Assembly: GCA_045047115.1 (NCBI GenBank)
Contig: JASFYR010000030.1
Span: 1 to 30,301 of the forward strand
From: Sulfurospirillum sp.
Lineage (GTDB): Bacteria > Campylobacterota > Campylobacteria > Campylobacterales > Sulfurospirillaceae
Length of the DNA stretch: 30,301 bases
Direction of reading: 5' to 3'
The notes beneath the pieces are model-generated. The model had not been told where the DNA came from. It searched no databases and was given only the letters and a program-made list of their open reading frames with translations. Shown here in pieces: positions 26,656 through 30,301 of this stretch. The first letter of the stretch is position 1; each line of letters opens with the position of its first letter. A program made the position numbers and the translations under genes.

Positions 26656-28049
26656 CTTGTCTGTTTTTTATCATTTGAATCAGCTCTATAGGCCTTAAAA
26701 TCTTTCAAACTCCCCTTAAATATATTTTCCTGCCCCAAGTACAAACTATACCCAAAACTTGTCAAATAGCTGGTTATCACAGCAGCTGTCATGGGAATAA
26801 CAACATCATCATGACTCATCTCTGTAATCATTACAATAGATGCAAGCGGTGTTTTGGCAGCTGCAGAGAGTGCTGCTCCCATGCCGGCAAGTGTAAACAT
26901 GACCAATTGAGCCGGGAATATATGACCAAATACATTTCCCAAGGCTGCTCCTATAATTAAAACAGGCAAGATCAACCCACCAGGAATGCCAAAACCTAAA
27001 GTAAAACTTGTGATAACAATAGTAAATCCGATAATAGCAACATCTGTACTTATCGGAAAATTCATCTGTGCCATATTTGATAAAATTTGCATATTTACAG
27101 GAGCCGATAGGACATCTGCATTGTTGGTTATATAATACAATCCAACCATAAAAGGGACCGCCACAAGCGTACCTATAAATGGTCGCCTGTCTAGTGGGAT
27201 TATCTTGGCAATTTTTACAAAAAAATGAAACATAAGAGTATAAATATATATAACAAGAGATATAATAAAACCCATAGCAATAATATACGGTATGCTATCT
27301 AGTGTCCACACTGCTTTACTGGTGAGTTGTATAAAAGCATGGTTGCCTCTAAAGAATGAAAAAGTAAGATAACTGACTATGGAAGCTACTATCATAGGCA
27401 CAAATGGACGATAATCAAAATCGTATGTATTCTCCAACTCCATGGCAAAGATAGAGCTTCCAAGAGGTGCTTTCAAAAGTGCACCCGTGAATGCTCCACC
27501 GCCTATGAGTCCGAGTATATTCTTAAACCTTTTGCCAAAACCGTAAGCCTTGCCAACCCATTCACCTATACCTATTCCCAAGAAAAACGAAGGACCCTCA
27601 CGACCTGCTATAAAACCCCCCGAAAGTGTAAAGACAGATATAATCAATTTGTAAAAAAGTGTTTTAATTTTTAGATACTTTGTAGTTTTAAGATGTAGTA
27701 TGGAAAATCCTATTCCAGGACCTCCGGCTTCTGGATTATTTTTTATGGCTTGCCCAGTGATAATCGCAACAAGAAGAGGATAAATAAAAAGGTAGATAAT
27801 ATTTGTGGATAAAAAGTTGTTGATATTTACAACAGCCAAATCCATCAGTGAGGCCATGATTCCAGTAGTAATACCAACTGCTATGGCAAAAGGAAGCCAT
27901 CTCCCAAGAAAGAAAAATATAGATATAGAATCTATCTTTATATTTAAAGGGCATAAATTTTCTCTACAAGTCCTTTTAAAATGCTTAAAAACTTGTACAT
28001 TTTTGTTACCAAAAATCAGCCAAACAAAAAAATCCTTAATTTTTTTCAT
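26652..28049 (-). CDS. ClC family anion channel/transporter with a non-canonical filter
   Basis: PEAGGPGI, GREGP, KAPLG..FAME, GIPGG..LP, GMGA, TPL..IVMITEM, SLY; multiple TM segments. Confidence 0.88.
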   Translation of the reverse strand: MKKIKDFFVWLIFGNKNVQVFKHFKRTCRENLCPLNIKIDSISIFFFLGRWLPFAIAVGITTGIMASLMDLAVVNINNFLSTNIIYLFIYPLLVAIITGQAIKNNPEAGGPGIGFSILHLKTTKYLKIKTLFYKLIISVFTLSGGFIAGREGPSFFLGIGIGEWVGKAYGFGKRFKNILGLIGGGAFTGALLKAPLGSSIFAMELENTYDFDYRPFVPMIVASIVSYLTFSFFRGNHAFIQLTSKAVWTLDSIPYIIAMGFIISLVIYIYTLMFHFFVKIAKIIPLDRRPFIGTLVAVPFMVGLYYITNNADVLSAPVNMQILSNMAQMNFPISTDVAIIGFTIVITSFTLGFGIPGGLILPVLIIGAALGNVFGHIFPAQLVMFTLAGMGAALSAAAKTPLASIVMITEMSHDDVVIPMTAAVITSYLTSFGYSLYLGQENIFKGSLKDFKAYRADSNDKKQTS

Positions 28050-28129
28050 GATATTACACCTACAAATTTGCTATATAATATCATTTTATATCTTAAATGG
28101 TTTTGTAATTGTTTTATTTTAAAAGCATA

Positions 28130-28206
28130 TGGCGCGCCCAGAGCGATTCGAACGCCCGACCGCTGGTACCGCAAACCAGTGCTCTATCCAGCTGAGCTAT
28201 GGGCGC
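28130..28206 (-). tRNA. tRNA-Arg (anticodon GCG)
   Basis: Reverse complement GCGCCCA-TA-GCTC-AGCTGGATA-GAGC-A-CTGGT-TTGCGGT-ACCAG-CGGTC-GGGCG-TTCGAAT-CGCTC-TGGGCGC-G-CCA: a full 77-nt cloverleaf with encoded CCA. Confidence 0.97.
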
Positions 28207-28226
28207 ACGCCAATAATAAGGTCGGT

Positions 28227-28232
28227 ATTATA
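28227..28232 (-). promoter_or_regulatory. -10 box for tRNA-Arg
   Basis: TATAAT on the - strand 20 nt upstream of the mature 5' end. Confidence 0.6.
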
Positions 28233-28250
28233 TCTTAATTTTTATAAAAA

Positions 28251-29147
28251 TCAAAGTAATTTCTTATCTTTCTTCTGCTGAAGCAATAATCCAAACACAA
28301 TTAAAACAAGTCCTACAAAAGTTGAGGACAAAATCTTCTCTCCCACTAAAAAATATATAAATATCAATGATAAAAAAGGAGAGATAAATATAAGATTTGC
28401 AATCTTTGAACTACTGCTAGTCAACTTCATAGCCTTTAACCAAAAAACATAGGTAATTCCCATCTCAAAACTACCTATATAAGCCGAGCCTAAAACTCCA
28501 TATATATTTGGCTCAAAAGAGTAGTTAAATAACAGCATATAGATAGATATAAAAACAGAGCCGCTAACAAAACTCACAAATAACCCAACAATCAGATCTA
28601 TATCAAGTTTTGTATTATATATCCAATACAGTGCCCATAAAATTGTGGAAGAAAAAGCTAAAACTACACCTTCTTTTGAAGTAAAATCGAAACTTAAAAT
28701 ATCACCTTTTGTTGAAATAACCAAAATACCTATATAACAAATAACACCTGCAAGAAAATCAAAAATATTAAGTTTGTGCTTTAAGATAAAAAATGACATA
28801 TAGCTAAGAGTCAATGCCCAAGTATAATTTATAGGTTGAGCCACTTGCGCAGGTAAAAGATCATAAGCCTTAAACAGCATTAAATAATAAAAAAAAGGAT
28901 TTATAAATCCAAGTAATGCCAGCTTTAAATAATCACTTCTCGAGTAGGCAAAAAGAAGGTGGAACTTTTTCTCTTTAATAATAATAACAAACAAAACAAC
29001 TAAAGAAAAAATAACTGCATAAAAAAGCAATTTTATAGGAGAAAAATATTCAAGTGTCAACTTAAAAGCACTAGCTACGGTTGACCACAATATAACAGCT
29101 AAGATTCCGTATATATAAGCATATTTTTGCCTATTATTTTTATTCAT
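28251..29147 (-). CDS. EamA/DMT family transporter
   Basis: About 10 TM segments in two repeats; LWSTVASAFK, AQPINYTW, LIFISPFLS, GEKI. Confidence 0.9.
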   Translation of the reverse strand: MNKNNRQKYAYIYGILAVILWSTVASAFKLTLEYFSPIKLLFYAVIFSLVVLFVIIIKEKKFHLLFAYSRSDYLKLALLGFINPFFYYLMLFKAYDLLPAQVAQPINYTWALTLSYMSFFILKHKLNIFDFLAGVICYIGILVISTKGDILSFDFTSKEGVVLAFSSTILWALYWIYNTKLDIDLIVGLFVSFVSGSVFISIYMLLFNYSFEPNIYGVLGSAYIGSFEMGITYVFWLKAMKLTSSSSKIANLIFISPFLSLIFIYFLVGEKILSSTFVGLVLIVFGLLLQQKKDKKLL

Positions 29148-29152
29148 CAGGA

Positions 29153-29187
29153 ATTATACTATATTTTTAGTGTAAACTTGATAGAAT
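29153..29187. promoter_or_regulatory. Divergent -10 boxes for eamA (-) and pheA (+)
   Basis: TATAAT on the - strand at 29153-29158; extended TGaTAGAAT on the + strand at 29179-29187. Confidence 0.55.
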
Positions 29188-29213
29188 TATATCTCTACAT
29201 ATAAAGGGATGAA

Positions 29214-30068
29214 ATGAACGATAAAATCATAGCTTATCAAGGTGTTGAAGGGGCGTATTCGCATCTTGCCTGTAAAAATGCTTTTCCAAAATCCATATCT
29301 ATCGCATGCGAAAGTTTTGAAGATGCTATGAAACTAGTTGAAGATGAAACTGCTGATTTTGCTATGATACCAGTTGAAAATTCAACTGCCGGAAGAGTTG
29401 AAGAGATATATAGACTTATACCAAAATCATCACTTTTTATCGTAAGTGAACATTTTGAACCGGTCAACCATTGTCTGCTGGGACTAAAGGACTCCAAGCT
29501 AGAAGATATAAAATATGTCGGTTCACACCCTCAAGCTCTAGCACAGTGTTACAAAAATATCATAGATTTAAAACTAATAGCTGTAGCAAAATTTGATACG
29601 GCAGGTTCAGCAAAAGAGATAAAAGAAAAAAGTGACATAAAATGTGCAGCCATCGCCTCGAAACTTGCTGCTAAGCTGTATAATTTAGAGATTTTAAAAG
29701 AGTATTTTGGAGATCTTAAAGGAAATGTCACAAGATTTATTATACTCTCAAAAAGAAACACCATCCCAAAGTTCGACAAAGAAAAAAATTACATAACATC
29801 ACTCATATTTCATGTGCGAGACATACCCGCCGCACTCTACAAAGCATTAGGAGGCTTTGCAACAAACAGCGTGAACCTGCTTAAACTAGAAAGCTACTCA
29901 ATGACTGGATCCTTGCAAGTAAGCAGATTTCACATAGACATAGAAGCTCATCCGAATGAAAAAAGACTTAAACTTGCCCTTGATGAACTAAAATACTTCG
30001 CAAAAGAGATAAAGTATCTAGGCGTATATGAAAAACATGATGGCAGAGAGAATTACAAGCTTTTGTAA
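29214..30068 (+). CDS. pheA: Prephenate dehydratase (PDT plus ACT domain, no chorismate mutase domain)
   Basis: IAYQGVEGAYS, PVENSTAG, SHPQALAQC, NVTRF, ACT segment PAALYKALGGFATN..NL.KLES. Confidence 0.92.
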   Translation: MNDKIIAYQGVEGAYSHLACKNAFPKSISIACESFEDAMKLVEDETADFAMIPVENSTAGRVEEIYRLIPKSSLFIVSEHFEPVNHCLLGLKDSKLEDIKYVGSHPQALAQCYKNIIDLKLIAVAKFDTAGSAKEIKEKSDIKCAAIASKLAAKLYNLEILKEYFGDLKGNVTRFIILSKRNTIPKFDKEKNYITSLIFHVRDIPAALYKALGGFATNSVNLLKLESYSMTGSLQVSRFHIDIEAHPNEKRLKLALDELKYFAKEIKYLGVYEKHDGRENYKLL

Positions 30069-30261
30069 TATTTGACATAAAGATACGGCTTTAAAACAGA
30101 ACAGACTACTATATGATACTTTTACAAAAGGATTAATTGTTAACTGCCTCGCATTAAACATTTTCTAATTTTGTTATAGGTGCGATATAGTGCGTAAAAC
30201 CAAAAATAAAAAGTTGATAAATAATTATTAAAAGTATATTTGAAGTATTAAATTCCAAGAA

Positions 30262-30301
30262 TCCGGCAGCGACCTACATTTCCACAACAGTAAGCTGCAG
30301 T
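30262..30301 (-). rRNA. rrf: 5S rRNA, 3' portion (truncated by the window edge)
   Basis: The - strand reads ACTGCAGCTTACTGTTGTGGAAATGTAGGTCGCTGCCGGA, matching the conserved 5S 3' end (GUAGGUCGCUGCC). Suggests an rRNA operon beyond the right edge. Confidence 0.85.

Noticed and set aside
26652..28049. Fluoride exporter (CLC-F) with a fluoride riboswitch
   Set aside because: The CLC-F signatures (GREGT, GEVTP) are absent and no fluoride riboswitch core is visible upstream.
26652..28206. tRNA-anchored genomic island or prophage at tRNA-Arg
   Set aside because: No integrase and no duplicated tRNA 3' end were seen in the window.
30069..30261. Small gene or ncRNA between pheA and 5S rRNA
   Set aside because: AT-rich, with no convincing ORF, hairpin or motif.

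Overview
Core chromosomal window of an AT-rich Campylobacterota (Epsilonproteobacteria) genome. The assignment rests on gene content and order, an epsilon-type CheZ and tRNA-Arg(GCG); a Sulfurospirillum-like host is only a guess. Most of the window is housekeeping: DUF3972-purE-U32/trhP-cheZ, a PHP histidinol-phosphatase, glnA, pbp1A-ABC-bioF-maf-alaS, gnnB-gnnA, ftsI-fliE-flgC-flgB (sigma54 promoter), ftsW-murG, a ClC protein, tRNA-Arg, eamA, pheA, and the 3' end of a 5S rRNA at the right edge. The standout is a 5.9-kb, terminator-bounded three-gene operon (5952-11837) between glnA and pbp1A. It encodes an ETF:quinone oxidoreductase, a single-chain EtfB-EtfA fusion with bifurcating-type motifs, and a single-chain NfnA-NfnB fusion. 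That amounts to two predicted flavin-based electron-bifurcating machines, translationally coupled, with no acyl-CoA dehydrogenase or nif gene nearby. Other observations: a perfect 42-bp direct repeat with a 39-bp spacer filling the purE leader, a possibly related GC-rich palindromic element at 1-88, a ClC with Pro at the selectivity-filter Ser position (nitrate-type), a perfect 14-bp hairpin in the gnnB leader, a probable leaderless eamA and a monofunctional pheA. No database searches were run; all calls are from motif recognition.
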